32,000 bases of DNA from Candidatus Heimdallarchaeota archaeon (GCA_030668875.1 DAOVER010000028.1:7399-39398); one strand, 5' to 3'. Shown: positions 18,037 to 28,301, counted from the stretch's first letter. Made by a program: numbers and translations. Notes: generated by a model not told the origin, from the sequence alone.

Positions 18037-19902
18037 TTAGAAATATACCACTCCAACAAATCTCCAGAAGAATGGTAGAACAAAGGCAATCAGCAATAAA
18101 CCGAAAATGTCAACTACCGAACCTATTCTTGCCATTTCTCTAACCGTATATTTACCTGTACTGTAAGCAATCATCGTTGGTGGCGTACCCTGTGGAAGCA
18201 TAAAGTCCACACTTGATCCTATTGCTGCAACAACAGCTAAAAGGACGGGATCTATCCCGAATAGTAAACCTAACGGGATAACTAATGGTACAAGTATTGC
18301 AGCTGAACCAGTGTTTGAAGCTATGAACGTAAGAAATACACCAAGTATTGCGATCATAGCTATGAATAGAATTTTGTGTGCAATATTCAGATTCTCTAAA
18401 GAAAATGCAATCATATCTCCAGCTCCTGCTTCCGTTAAGACTACACCTAAAATTAAACCTCCACCGAAAATCAATATAGCATTCCAATTGAGATCATTTA
18501 CATCTCTTCCTTCTAATATTTTTGAACCACTAAATAATGTGGGAATAAATAACATAAATGCAGCAAAAAGAGCAACAACAGAAGAAGAGAAAGTTGGGAA
18601 TAAGTATTTCTTAATCGTTCCTTCTAAGAACCATAGAATTAAAGCTAGTAAGAAAACTACTAAAACATAAATTTGTTTTTTATTTAGATGACCCATGTTA
18701 TCCAGTTCCTTCTTAACTGCTGATTTTGCGTTGGAAATACTTTCTTTTGGTACTTCTGGTTTCATTATGAACCAAAGATATAGCCAAACTAAAGGTAACA
18801 TCAGCAAAACTATTGGTAATCCAAAAATAAACCATTCAATAAATGTTATATGAACATCAGCGTATTGAGCAAGCAAAGCTATAGCAATGGGGTTTGCTGG
18901 GGTACCTATAGCTGAACCAATTCCACCTATGGACGCACTGTAAGCAATACCTAAAATTAGTGCTTTTCCATATCGATCGATTTTTTCTTCTTCAATCTCC
19001 TTATTCACTTTGAGTTTATCTGTAACAGCTACCGCTATAGGAATCATTGTTGCAGCGGTAGCAGTATTACTCATAAACATTGAAAGAACAGCTGTAACAA
19101 CCATCATTAGCAACATCAAGATTTTTGGGTTGTCAGGACTAATTTTTACAATATTGAGAGAGATCCATTTATCTACTCCAGTCTTGTTCATTGCTTTTGA
19201 AATTATAAAACCACCGAGAAATAGAAAGATGACAGGTTCAGCAAACGGAGCAAGTAAACCTTTAGCACTTAAGCTAAGAAATATCACACCAAAAATTGGT
19301 ATCATTATACTTGTTGCAACTAGAGGAATAGTTTCCATCACCCAGAGAATACCAACGAGAAACAACAATGTAAGAACTGCATTTGTTTTATACGGTAATC
19401 TGAAAGTAAATATCACCCATTCCTGGTTTATATGATCCTCTTTTATAGAAGATGCTGGTAAAGTAAGATCTAGTCCCTCAATATTTTCATCCGTTTCTAT
19501 ACACCTTATATCTATGCTAAAATTGCCAATAACCGGTGTTTGAGATACAGTTGTATTTGTTTCATCTGTTATTGAGACACGAAAAATGAGTTGTTGATCA
19601 TAACCTATCTCTATAACTGGAGAATATGCCAACAATAGTGTAAAATTGTTTCCTAAATCGTGAGTTTCTATTATTTCAGGATAAGTTGAGCTATTAGAAA
19701 TTAGAAAAGTGAAGTTTACTTCAGCTGTATATACATGAGTTATATTACTATCATCCTTATAGTCATATCTTGCGTGCAAAGTAGCTTCATGATTGCTGAT
19801 GTCAACTGTACCACGAGCAAATACCATAGTGAGTGTAATCGCTACAATTAACATAGTAAGTGTAACACCAAGTTTAGTCGCTTCTTGTTTTGTTATTTTC
19901 AT
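18037..19902 (-). CDS. SLC13/DASS Na+-coupled di/tricarboxylate or anion symporter with inserted N-terminal ectodomain
   Basis: ETIPLVATS, IFLFLGGF, SMFMSNTAT, SIGGIGSAIGTPANP, ASNTGSA and FMLPQGTPP motifs. Confidence 0.9.
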   Translation of the reverse strand: MKITKQEATKLGVTLTMLIVAITLTMVFARGTVDISNHEATLHARYDYKDDSNITHVYTAEVNFTFLISNSSTYPEIIETHDLGNNFTLLLAYSPVIEIGYDQQLIFRVSITDETNTTVSQTPVIGNFSIDIRCIETDENIEGLDLTLPASSIKEDHINQEWVIFTFRLPYKTNAVLTLLFLVGILWVMETIPLVATSIMIPIFGVIFLSLSAKGLLAPFAEPVIFLFLGGFIISKAMNKTGVDKWISLNIVKISPDNPKILMLLMMVVTAVLSMFMSNTATAATMIPIAVAVTDKLKVNKEIEEEKIDRYGKALILGIAYSASIGGIGSAIGTPANPIAIALLAQYADVHITFIEWFIFGLPIVLLMLPLVWLYLWFIMKPEVPKESISNAKSAVKKELDNMGHLNKKQIYVLVVFLLALILWFLEGTIKKYLFPTFSSSVVALFAAFMLFIPTLFSGSKILEGRDVNDLNWNAILIFGGGLILGVVLTEAGAGDMIAFSLENLNIAHKILFIAMIAILGVFLTFIASNTGSAAILVPLVIPLGLLFGIDPVLLAVVAAIGSSVDFMLPQGTPPTMIAYSTGKYTVREMARIGSVVDIFGLLLIAFVLPFFWRFVGVVYF

Positions 19903-19922
19903 TTCATAACGCCTTTAAATTT

Positions 19923-20813
19923 TTAGTAAAACTCCTCTGTTATAATATCTATTTGCTCATCTGTTAAATCTAAAGGAGCTTGAGCAGGAATAATCCCTTG
20001 GTTCAGAGTATAATCTCTTTCTTCATATGTTGTTTTATTCTCAATTTGATAGAAAATACCAATAGGGATTTTATCTTTTATGAAAACTTGACTCCCTAGG
20101 TCTAAAGCTCCAGAGAAATTTTCTTTATCATGACCCGTGTCTTCAACTTTGTATACTTTCTGTCTGAAATAGTCAAAAGTTTGATTCTTGTTAAACGTTA
20201 TACATGGACTTAACACATCAACATAAGCAAATCCTCTATGGGCAATAGCTTCTTTGATAATCCAACTAAGATGTTTAAGGTCGCCTGAAAAGCCTCTAGC
20301 AACAAAAGTAGCTCCAGCTGCTAGAGCAACAGAAATGGGATTAAGAGGGTTCTCAATAGATCCACGAGGAGTTGTTCTAGTAATAGTTCCAACTGGTGTG
20401 GTAGCACTTGCTTGTCCAGTAGTTAAACCATAAACATAATTATTTGAAACAATAGTAATAATGTCAACATTTCTTCTACAAGAATGTAGAAAATGGTTTC
20501 CACCAATACCGTAGATGTCTCCATCTCCACCATAAACCATAACTGTGAGTTTTGGATTTGCAAGACGAATTCCAGTTGCTGTTGGAATACCCCTTCCATG
20601 AAGTGTTTGTAATCCATAAACTTTGAGAAAATTCGGTATATGTGATGAACAACCGATTCCACTAACGACAACAACTTCCTCTTGGGGGATTTCAAGTTCA
20701 ATCAATGCTTGTCGAATTGCTCTCCACTGAGAAAAATTCCCACAACCAGGACACCAGGTTGGTTTAAATGAACTTTCAAAATCCTTCAAAGATAAAGTAT
20801 ATTCTTCACTCAT
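19923..20813 (-). CDS. korB: 2-oxoacid:ferredoxin oxidoreductase beta subunit
   Basis: WCPGCG, SGIGCS, HGR, GGDGD and YGLTTGQASATT motifs. Substrate specificity not resolvable. Confidence 0.92.
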   Translation of the reverse strand: MSEEYTLSLKDFESSFKPTWCPGCGNFSQWRAIRQALIELEIPQEEVVVVSGIGCSSHIPNFLKVYGLQTLHGRGIPTATGIRLANPKLTVMVYGGDGDIYGIGGNHFLHSCRRNVDIITIVSNNYVYGLTTGQASATTPVGTITRTTPRGSIENPLNPISVALAAGATFVARGFSGDLKHLSWIIKEAIAHRGFAYVDVLSPCITFNKNQTFDYFRQKVYKVEDTGHDKENFSGALDLGSQVFIKDKIPIGIFYQIENKTTYEERDYTLNQGIIPAQAPLDLTDEQIDIITEEFY

Positions 20814-22563
20814 TCTTGACTACCTCCATTGCTTTTCCAACAATTTGTGACGGGATTATAGGTTCTCCATCCCACCGTAGTAATTTATGTTCAATTGAAA
20901 CACCTGTTTTCATTCTTATGAAATCTCTCAATTGTCCTGAGAAGTTCTGTTCAACAATCATTTTTCTTTTTGAATTGACTAATATCTTTTTTACTTCATC
21001 TGTATGAAAAGGTGTTATGTATTTTATATGTAGATGATTAGCTTTAATTCCTTCTTCACTTAATTGAAGGATAGCTTCTTTTACAATGTTAACTGTAGAA
21101 CCCCAAGAAATTAGTGTTATTTCTGCATCAGCAGGTCCATCTAATTTAGGTTGATCAAGTTCTTTAACTAAGTAATCTAACTTCCTCATTCTTTTCTTTA
21201 CCATTTCCACTCTTATAGGTAAAGTGTCAGGTAAACCAGCTAACGTTGATGCAATAGATGTTCCCTCTTCTGTTCTCTCACTAGAACCTGTGAAGAACAT
21301 ACCATTTTTTGTTCCTGGAATTGTTCTTTTAGAAACACCAGTTTCTGTTATTTCATATCTGCGGTAATTTTCATCGGGTTTTTCTATGATGTTATATCGT
21401 TGATTCTTTCGCTTTAATTCTAATTTTCTTACTGTAGCATTCAATTCTGATAAGTACAAATCAAGTAGAACTATGACTACAACTTGATATTTTTCAGCAA
21501 TTTCCACTGCTTCTGAACCAACCTTAAAAGCATCTTCTACTGTACTAGGGGCAATTATTACTTTAGGAAATTCTCCTTGACTAGCTCCGAAAGCTTGGAA
21601 CAAATCAGCTTGTTCAGTTTTTGTAGCCATACCTGTTGATGGTCCAGCTCTTTGAGAGTTTATTACTACAAGAGGTATTTCTTCTATTCCAGCCATACCT
21701 ATTAATTCAGTCATCAAAGAAAAGCCTCCCCCAGAAGTTCCTGTAGCAGCTCTTGCACCACAATATGCAGCACCTATTGCCATTCCAACAGCAGCTATTT
21801 CATCTTCTGTTTGTTTAACAATCATCCCAAGTTTTGGAAGATGCTTTGTTAAATAATGTACAATGCTTGTGGCTGGTGTCATTGGGTAACCAGAATAAAA
21901 TTTCAATCCAGCTGAAAGCATTCCAAGCGCTATTGCTTCGTTTCCAGAAATAATCATTTGCCTTGCTTTGCCAAATTTATGTTTCTCCCATATTGGCAAC
22001 CAGCTGTTTTCCTCAGCAAATTTTATCCCTTTATCTAAAGCTTCATAGTTTGTAATTATTACTTTTTCTCCCTTTCCACCAAATTGTTCTAGTATAACTT
22101 CTTTTATTAATTCAACGTCTAAGCCTAGGAGATGACTTATTGCACCAAAACTAACAATGTTTTTCAAAACTTTCAACTTCGATATTTCCTTAATTATTGC
22201 TGATAAAGGAATTCCTAGTTTAACTATATCTTCTGGATAATCAAACTCATCTAGATCTATAATATCTTCATCGTAAATTACCATTGCGTTTGCATTTACA
22301 AGTGGTTTGTGAAGTTTTGCAACATGTTTGTTGAGGAGAACTATAATATCTGCATCCTCACCAACAGAGAGAACTTCATTGTGACTAAAACGAATTTGAT
22401 AAGAATTATATCCACCCCTTATAACTGATTGATAGCTTCGAAAAGCTAACACATTAAAATTATGCATTTTGAGAATCTTCCCAAAAAGCAACCCAAGAGA
22501 CACTAAACCATCTCCAGCACTACCAACAAAACGCACAGCAAGATCTTTTTTCATGTTAAACAC
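20806..22563 (-). CDS. korA: 2-oxoacid:ferredoxin oxidoreductase alpha subunit (gamma-alpha fusion)
   Basis: YQSVIRGG, YPMTPAT, EDEIAA, TSGGGFSLMTE and QRAGPSTGMATKTEQ motifs; overlaps the beta gene by 8 nt. Confidence 0.93.
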   Translation of the reverse strand: MFNMKKDLAVRFVGSAGDGLVSLGLLFGKILKMHNFNVLAFRSYQSVIRGGYNSYQIRFSHNEVLSVGEDADIIVLLNKHVAKLHKPLVNANAMVIYDEDIIDLDEFDYPEDIVKLGIPLSAIIKEISKLKVLKNIVSFGAISHLLGLDVELIKEVILEQFGGKGEKVIITNYEALDKGIKFAEENSWLPIWEKHKFGKARQMIISGNEAIALGMLSAGLKFYSGYPMTPATSIVHYLTKHLPKLGMIVKQTEDEIAAVGMAIGAAYCGARAATGTSGGGFSLMTELIGMAGIEEIPLVVINSQRAGPSTGMATKTEQADLFQAFGASQGEFPKVIIAPSTVEDAFKVGSEAVEIAEKYQVVVIVLLDLYLSELNATVRKLELKRKNQRYNIIEKPDENYRRYEITETGVSKRTIPGTKNGMFFTGSSERTEEGTSIASTLAGLPDTLPIRVEMVKKRMRKLDYLVKELDQPKLDGPADAEITLISWGSTVNIVKEAILQLSEEGIKANHLHIKYITPFHTDEVKKILVNSKRKMIVEQNFSGQLRDFIRMKTGVSIEHKLLRWDGEPIIPSQIVGKAMEVVKNE

Positions 22564-22622
22564 TCCGGCTTTAGATTCTGTTTAGCACTGTTCTTAGGGA
22601 GTATATAAAATGTTTTGAATGA

Positions 22623-23735
22623 CTACAAAATTCCCGTGCCGAACCATACCAACAATGCAATTTCTGCTGGTAAAAAAATCAGTGCAATTATGGTCATAAT
22701 AGCGATAAATCTGCTCGTTAACAATTCATCTAATTTAAAGAATTTTGCATAAGCAGAATTAGCAACAGCAGGAGGAGCCATAGTTTGTATGATTAAGGGT
22801 ATTTTTGCTACCAGGGGAATAGGAATAAAAAATATGGGAACAATACTAAGTAGACCTCCACCAAACCTAGAAAATATCCCTCTAAGTAGTACAGGTTCTT
22901 TCCATTCCTCTTTCTTAGGGAATCGGAAACTCAAACCAACTATAACCAACATTAAAACCATTGTGAAATCTCTAAATATCTCTGAGGCAATATGTACTTT
23001 TGTTTCCACAAAACCTGTAGTAAAAAATAAGATTAAACTTTCATCTATCAATCCTAACAGGATTTGTTGAGTATCCATATTGACATATCCAATTGTAAAA
23101 CGGAGTATTAAACCTATGATCATCCCAATTGTTGGTGGAAACAGAAGAAGCCTTTTAAGTATTTGAAAAATGGATTTTTTTGAACTTAGATCAGAATTTG
23201 TTCCATAATGTATTCCCAAGTAAACCCCAAAACTGTTTCTTAAGATGGTTTGTGCTAGAAGATATAGAGAAGCAGCTAATATTCCTTCAGCTTGATACTG
23301 GCTTGGTAAAATACCGATGATTATTGGAAAAGGGAAGAATAAAGCATTCATAAAACCAGATGATGTTATTTCAGCTCCCTTCTGTGCCATGGAAATTTCT
23401 TCAATGGTAGAAACCTCCTCATCACTCATTGAAGCTTTCTTCTTAGCATTTGAAATCTCTTTTAGTTTTATGAGAATAGAGTTGAGTATCATTGGAACCA
23501 TTGTTCCTACAACAGTCATAGAAGCTATTAACCACCAGTTAACACCAGTAAAAGTATCGATACTAAGAAATACCATAATGAGAAGAATAGGAGTAAAAAT
23601 ATTCAAGCCCACAAATAATATCCATTTACCTACTTGATCGGCTTTTGACCATTTTTGGAGCAACATACCAGCTCCTATACCTACATAGATTATACCTACT
23701 CTTAATGCTAATTCAAGCAGATAATGTAAAACCAT
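22623..23735 (-). CDS. AEC (auxin efflux carrier-like) family transporter
   Basis: About 10 hydrophobic segments, N-(x)-F-x-P-F-P-like repeat and C-terminal QTMAPPAV...SRFIAIMT pattern. Confidence 0.65.
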   Translation of the reverse strand: MVLHYLLELALRVGIIYVGIGAGMLLQKWSKADQVGKWILFVGLNIFTPILLIMVFLSIDTFTGVNWWLIASMTVVGTMVPMILNSILIKLKEISNAKKKASMSDEEVSTIEEISMAQKGAEITSSGFMNALFFPFPIIIGILPSQYQAEGILAASLYLLAQTILRNSFGVYLGIHYGTNSDLSSKKSIFQILKRLLLFPPTIGMIIGLILRFTIGYVNMDTQQILLGLIDESLILFFTTGFVETKVHIASEIFRDFTMVLMLVIVGLSFRFPKKEEWKEPVLLRGIFSRFGGGLLSIVPIFFIPIPLVAKIPLIIQTMAPPAVANSAYAKFFKLDELLTSRFIAIMTIIALIFLPAEIALLVWFGTGIL

Positions 23736-23813
23736 TAAAAAAGAGTGATTGAAGGGGATTAATAAACCTTTTAATTTTACTATTATCCCTTTTCTTTCTT
23801 CTCTTCTATTTCA

Positions 23814-25745
23814 CTAAACGTAAATTTCTCTTAGGTTGGACAATAAGAGTGCATAGATGGGATTTTTATCTTTTTCAGCAACATCCTTAGCAACCAGCAT
23901 CTCACTCAGATTTTGTGTAGTTTGTAAAATTACTGTTGGTGCGGTTGTTTCAATTAAGGGTAGTTGACGAATTTTCATTCCCTGAAGAGAAGTATTGTAT
24001 TGAACACATATTTTTGATAGCACTTTGCACTCTTCTTCAGCAGAGATCATATCTCCAACACTATCTTGCAACCAAGAGAGTGTGCCACCCTTAGTCAGAC
24101 TCACAAGCCATAGAAGAAGAGAAAAACCGTGCAAACTACTACTATTACCCAGAAGAATGTATTGATTGATAAACTCAAGTAGCATTCCAAGAGAATTTAA
24201 TATCTTTTTATCTTTCTCAAATAGTTGAACAGTTAATATGAAATCTTTCTGAAAATCACTAATATCTTTCTTATATTTTGCATCAATTTTAAGGAATTTA
24301 TCTCTTTCTTCCTTCATTTCTTCAAATTCTTTGTCAATAATATCCATTTCTTCAAGAATTACATCAAGTTCAGCCTGTTTGTCTTTTCGTACTTTCAAAT
24401 CTTTGACATAGTTAACGACCATTTCAGTAATAGCAGTCTGCTTTTCTTTTATTTCATCTTCTGAGGATTCAATTTTTTCTGCTAAAGCATCCTTTCCTTG
24501 CATTGCCAGGTTTGTTTGCTTTTGCCATTTCATTCCTCCTTCAAGAACTTTGGATGAAAGGATTTTTTCAATTGATTTTGCTAACAGATATTTCCTATAC
24601 TTCGGATTAGGAGTTTTACTGAAGACTAGGGATAGATAAAGGGCAAGTGCATTTGGCATGATATTGTATGGGTCAACTTCTCTGTTACCTTGTAGTGCTT
24701 TGAAGGATAGACCTTTCTCTAGCCACTCAACTAAACCTCCAGAGATCATTGAAAATGGAGGGTTAAATGAAGTAAAAAGAGGGATGGAAGTATAGATATT
24801 TGACATGGAAATAAGCAAGTCATGATAACCAAAACTTGAAACGTTATCATATTTCTTAAAAGTAAGTTCCTTTCCATCAAACAGATACTGCATAGAGAAA
24901 TAGTAGAGAATTTGTTTGTTCATACTGACTTTACTGAAATCTTCTGCTTGAAAGTCCTCCCCTTTTTGAAGAGCTGTTAAAACTTCTGGGTTGCTAAAAA
25001 CTTCTGCTCTCTCTGTATCTTCTGCAACTTCCTTTATAGCTTCTTGATCTTCAGGATACATTTTCTCTAAAATTTCATGTATCCAATAGATGATATAATT
25101 GTAGAGTGGACTAGCCTTTCGAAGAATACTTCTCCAACTGAACCAATTCGCTATTTTTTTACTGGTAATTTCACCTATTTTAATAATATCTTCTTCTTTA
25201 ACATTACGAGTAGAGTAACGTAATGGGAAAATTGCAATAGGTTTTTTATCATTAATTACTAAGTCTTCAATATTCCTAAGAATTGTTGTAAAAACTAGTT
25301 CTAAATCAAGATGAGCATATCTAGAAAGAACCTTGGATTCTTTATAGTAATCTGGGAAAAATGAAGCTTTTTTTAGAAAAGCAGTTTTTATTAGATTTTC
25401 TATAATTGGTTTGAAGAAATTTTTTCCGTCTTCATCTAATTCTTCTATTAGAGCATCTTTTTTAGACAACTCTGTGATATAATATTCAATCAAATATGAA
25501 CCGTATGATGTTCCCGATACTTCGGGGTTATTAAGGTAAAATTCTACTGCTTTTGCAGTTTCTTTGGAGTTTTTCTTGATTTTTGTTAAATCAAACTCAT
25601 CAGTTAACTTGATTAATTCTTTATTTTTGTCTCTAGGAACAAGGTATTTTCCTTCTTTTTGGAAACCTAAAACTTTTCTTTTTTCTAAAAGACCTAAGGC
25701 AATTTGAGATTTCTGTAAAGTTCCTTTGAAGATAACTACATCCAT
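23814..25745 (-). CDS. Hypothetical 643-aa protein with internal coiled coil
   Basis: Long open frame with natural-looking composition and an E/K-rich heptad region at about residues 420-515; no motif recognised. Confidence 0.8.
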   Translation of the reverse strand: MDVVIFKGTLQKSQIALGLLEKRKVLGFQKEGKYLVPRDKNKELIKLTDEFDLTKIKKNSKETAKAVEFYLNNPEVSGTSYGSYLIEYYITELSKKDALIEELDEDGKNFFKPIIENLIKTAFLKKASFFPDYYKESKVLSRYAHLDLELVFTTILRNIEDLVINDKKPIAIFPLRYSTRNVKEEDIIKIGEITSKKIANWFSWRSILRKASPLYNYIIYWIHEILEKMYPEDQEAIKEVAEDTERAEVFSNPEVLTALQKGEDFQAEDFSKVSMNKQILYYFSMQYLFDGKELTFKKYDNVSSFGYHDLLISMSNIYTSIPLFTSFNPPFSMISGGLVEWLEKGLSFKALQGNREVDPYNIMPNALALYLSLVFSKTPNPKYRKYLLAKSIEKILSSKVLEGGMKWQKQTNLAMQGKDALAEKIESSEDEIKEKQTAITEMVVNYVKDLKVRKDKQAELDVILEEMDIIDKEFEEMKEERDKFLKIDAKYKKDISDFQKDFILTVQLFEKDKKILNSLGMLLEFINQYILLGNSSSLHGFSLLLWLVSLTKGGTLSWLQDSVGDMISAEEECKVLSKICVQYNTSLQGMKIRQLPLIETTAPTVILQTTQNLSEMLVAKDVAEKDKNPIYALLLSNLREIYV

Positions 25746-25852
25746 ATTAATTCCTCGTTAAGACGTTCTAAAATTACTGTACTAATAAACCTTTATTTTT
25801 TTGTAAAATATTAATAATTCAAATGAGTGTATGAGAACAATAATTGAAATTC

Positions 25853-26272
25853 ATGAATAGAGAAGAAACAAATAAATTTCTACAAGACGATCATAAAGAA
25901 CTGAAAATTGTACTTGAAGACCTCCTTCCTGAAGATTTTGTGACTTTTAGTGTGTTAGGTACATGGAAAATTAGAGATGTTATTGCTCATTTATCAGGGT
26001 GGAATATAGAGCTAAAGAAGTCGATTGATAAATTGTTAATGAATGAAGAATTATGGTTTTTCACGGAATCTGAAGACTATTTCAACAAAATTCAAGTAAT
26101 GAAAAGAAAACCCTTAACTGTTGAACAAGTTTTAGAAGAGAGGGAAAGAACCTTCATAGATTTAATCGAGAAAATTGACAGTCTTAAAAAGGAAGAATGG
26201 GAACACACTTCTAATTTCAAATGGAAGAATGCACGTTATGAAACTTGGTCAAACTTGCAAGAAGCATTCTGA
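25853..26272 (+). pseudogene. DinB/ClbS-DfsB-like four-helix bundle protein, probably 3'-truncated at about 26230
   Basis: WKIRDVIAHLSGW motif. The usual C-terminal helix with the HxxxH metal ligands is missing, and the sequence after ...FKWKN runs into GC-rich DNA. Confidence 0.6.
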
Positions 26273-26600
26273 CCGTCGTTTAAGTGGGTCCCCTCACGTG
26301 CGTTGAGGGGAAGAATCATGAGGTTCATGATCAGGGGTAGGAGAAAGCGGAGTGTGCAAGTGCTCCATCTGCATCCTACAGTTGCGCTTAGTGCTCCTTG
26401 GTTCTAATGCTACTAGCTAAGGGACAGGTGAACGAGCACCTGTGAACCAAGTTGTCGGTGAGTAATCACCTAGCACTACCTCCTTATCCGCACTTTCCTA
26501 TATAAACCCGTAGAAAAAGTACTGCAGGTAAAAATACTTCCGCCCTCCCTTGTAGAGTGAAATGACTCCCCACTACACCCCCTCTGGCAAGATTGGATAA
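26231..26600 (+). other. GC-rich, highly base-paired non-coding insert of unknown class (candidate structured RNA or non-autonomous element)
   Basis: 148/300 G+C over 26281-26580 by hand count; at least seven stems, two capped by GNRA tetraloops on the + strand. Confidence 0.55.
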
Positions 26601-26880
26601 GATTTGCAGACACAGTTGTTTACGGTTATAGCGTTTACTCTCATACCAGAGAAGATGCTTATTCCAAAAATTAAAATTGAGACACATAAAAATTTTCTAA
26701 TTGAAACTTTATATTGTTTTGATTGTTTTAGCATAATTTCACCTACTACTATGATAAATTAATATATTCAATCGATTTATGAAATTTAATTCTTTCCTAG
26801 GTAAAAGAACAAATGTAAAAAACGGTACAGTTAAACAAATTTTTGCATAAAAGCAGCTAAAACAAACCTCATACTCGTTA

Positions 26881-26896
26881 CGATAAACTTTTTAAC
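26881..26896 (+). promoter_or_regulatory. BRE + TATA-like box for the MFS gene
   Basis: CGATAAA followed by TTTTTAAC, 22 nt before ATG 26919. Confidence 0.5.
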
Positions 26897-26918
26897 TAAT
26901 TAAAATTTCAACCATTTA

Positions 26919-28301
26919 ATGCCAGAAATCAAAAGCTCTAATCCCATATTAGCTCTTGTTGTTCTAATATTCGGGCACTTCTTAAATCATTTTTATGCAT
27001 ATGTTTTAGCAGCTGCTATGCTTGTTATTCGATTGCCATCAGAAATGAATCTCACAGCTGGACAAGTAGGCATGCTTAGTATGGTGCAAATGTTAATTTT
27101 TGCAGTTTTCTCTTTAGCTGTTGGGATAGTAGGAGATAGATGGCTTAAAAGCAAGAAGGTTTTCATACCCGTTGGGATAGTTCTCATGGCTGTCCATTTG
27201 TTTATTGCAGCTTATGCTCCAGAAGGAGGATGGAAAGTGACTTCATTCCTTCGTATGCCAAACGAACTCCTTTATGAACAAGTAGCTTATGTTCCAGAAA
27301 AAGGATGGGGTTTAACAGTTCTTGTAATCGCAGCTATAACAGTGGGAATTGGAGCATCGTTCTATCATCCTGTCGCTTATGCTGCAATAGCTGACCTTTA
27401 TGAAGATAAGAAGGGATTGACTATGGCTTTAAATGCTGGGTTAGGAATGATTGGTACTTCTATAACTCCGGGATTAGTAGTTACTTTTGACCAATGGATT
27501 GGATGGAGAACATTCTTTGTTGTTTTTGGAATAATAGGACTTGTATTTGGTATTGCTATGTTTTTTGCTATGAATAGATTGATAGATTATCAGTTCACTA
27601 AAGAAGAAATACAAAATCATGAAGAAAGTAAAACTATGAATAGTTCAGAAAAAGTTACAAAATGGTTTAGAACAGACTTAGCAATAATAATTTCTCTTGC
27701 AGTAATAACATGTTTACTATACACATCTTTTAGATCAGGAATCTTCAAAATCACCACCCAGTGGTTATCAATAATTTTTGTTGATCTCTATAACATTCCA
27801 ACTTTTGCAGCTGGTTGGATTACTGTTATTATTCTTGTAATTGGAGGCTTAACGGCAATTATAGGCGGGATTGTAAGTGACAAATTCACCACAAGCTTGA
27901 CAATGCTAATTTCTACAGGAGGATCAGCTCTGATTCTTTTAATTATCTTTTTATTAGGTGCGTCAATCTCTAGTTTCTGGATAATAGCACTCTATTTCGT
28001 TTTCATTGCTTTCTTATATTTCTCAGCTGCAGCAGGAACGAAGTATATGGCAGAAAATGTTCCTCAAAGTTCAAGAGCTACAGGGATAAGTTTACTCTTT
28101 GCCTTCCCAAGTCTTGTAGCAGCTCTATTTCCATGGATTTTTGGAATAATATTAGATAATATAGCAATTATTTGGGGAATAGGTTTTCTATTCATTCTAG
28201 CAATAGCAGCTTTGATAACATCAATAATCTTGCTAACTAGGGACATAACACAAGGTAAATTCATAAAAGAAAGAGCAGCCAAGGTGGACATTTTAAACTA
28301 G
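26919..28301 (+). CDS. MFS transporter
   Basis: About 12 TM segments; GIVGDRW, GIGASFYHP and GGIVSDKF motifs. Confidence 0.9.
   Translation: MPEIKSSNPILALVVLIFGHFLNHFYAYVLAAAMLVIRLPSEMNLTAGQVGMLSMVQMLIFAVFSLAVGIVGDRWLKSKKVFIPVGIVLMAVHLFIAAYAPEGGWKVTSFLRMPNELLYEQVAYVPEKGWGLTVLVIAAITVGIGASFYHPVAYAAIADLYEDKKGLTMALNAGLGMIGTSITPGLVVTFDQWIGWRTFFVVFGIIGLVFGIAMFFAMNRLIDYQFTKEEIQNHEESKTMNSSEKVTKWFRTDLAIIISLAVITCLLYTSFRSGIFKITTQWLSIIFVDLYNIPTFAAGWITVIILVIGGLTAIIGGIVSDKFTTSLTMLISTGGSALILLIIFLLGASISSFWIIALYFVFIAFLYFSAAAGTKYMAENVPQSSRATGISLLFAFPSLVAALFPWIFGIILDNIAIIWGIGFLFILAIAALITSIILLTRDITQGKFIKERAAKVDILN

Noticed and set aside
26298-26600. GTGCG as a group II intron 5' end; CAGGTGAACGAGCA as SRP helix 8; GGAAAGTGC (minus strand) as an RNase P region.
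   Set aside because: No domain V/VI or RT, the SRP-like bases form a different perfect hairpin, and the RNase P P4 halves are absent.
26484-26687. 67-aa minus-strand ORF and a 36-codon plus-strand stretch (NDSPLHPLWQDW...HTREDA) as the missing DinB C-terminus.
   Set aside because: No recognisable motif; HTREDA lacks the second His, and no target duplication links it to the break point.
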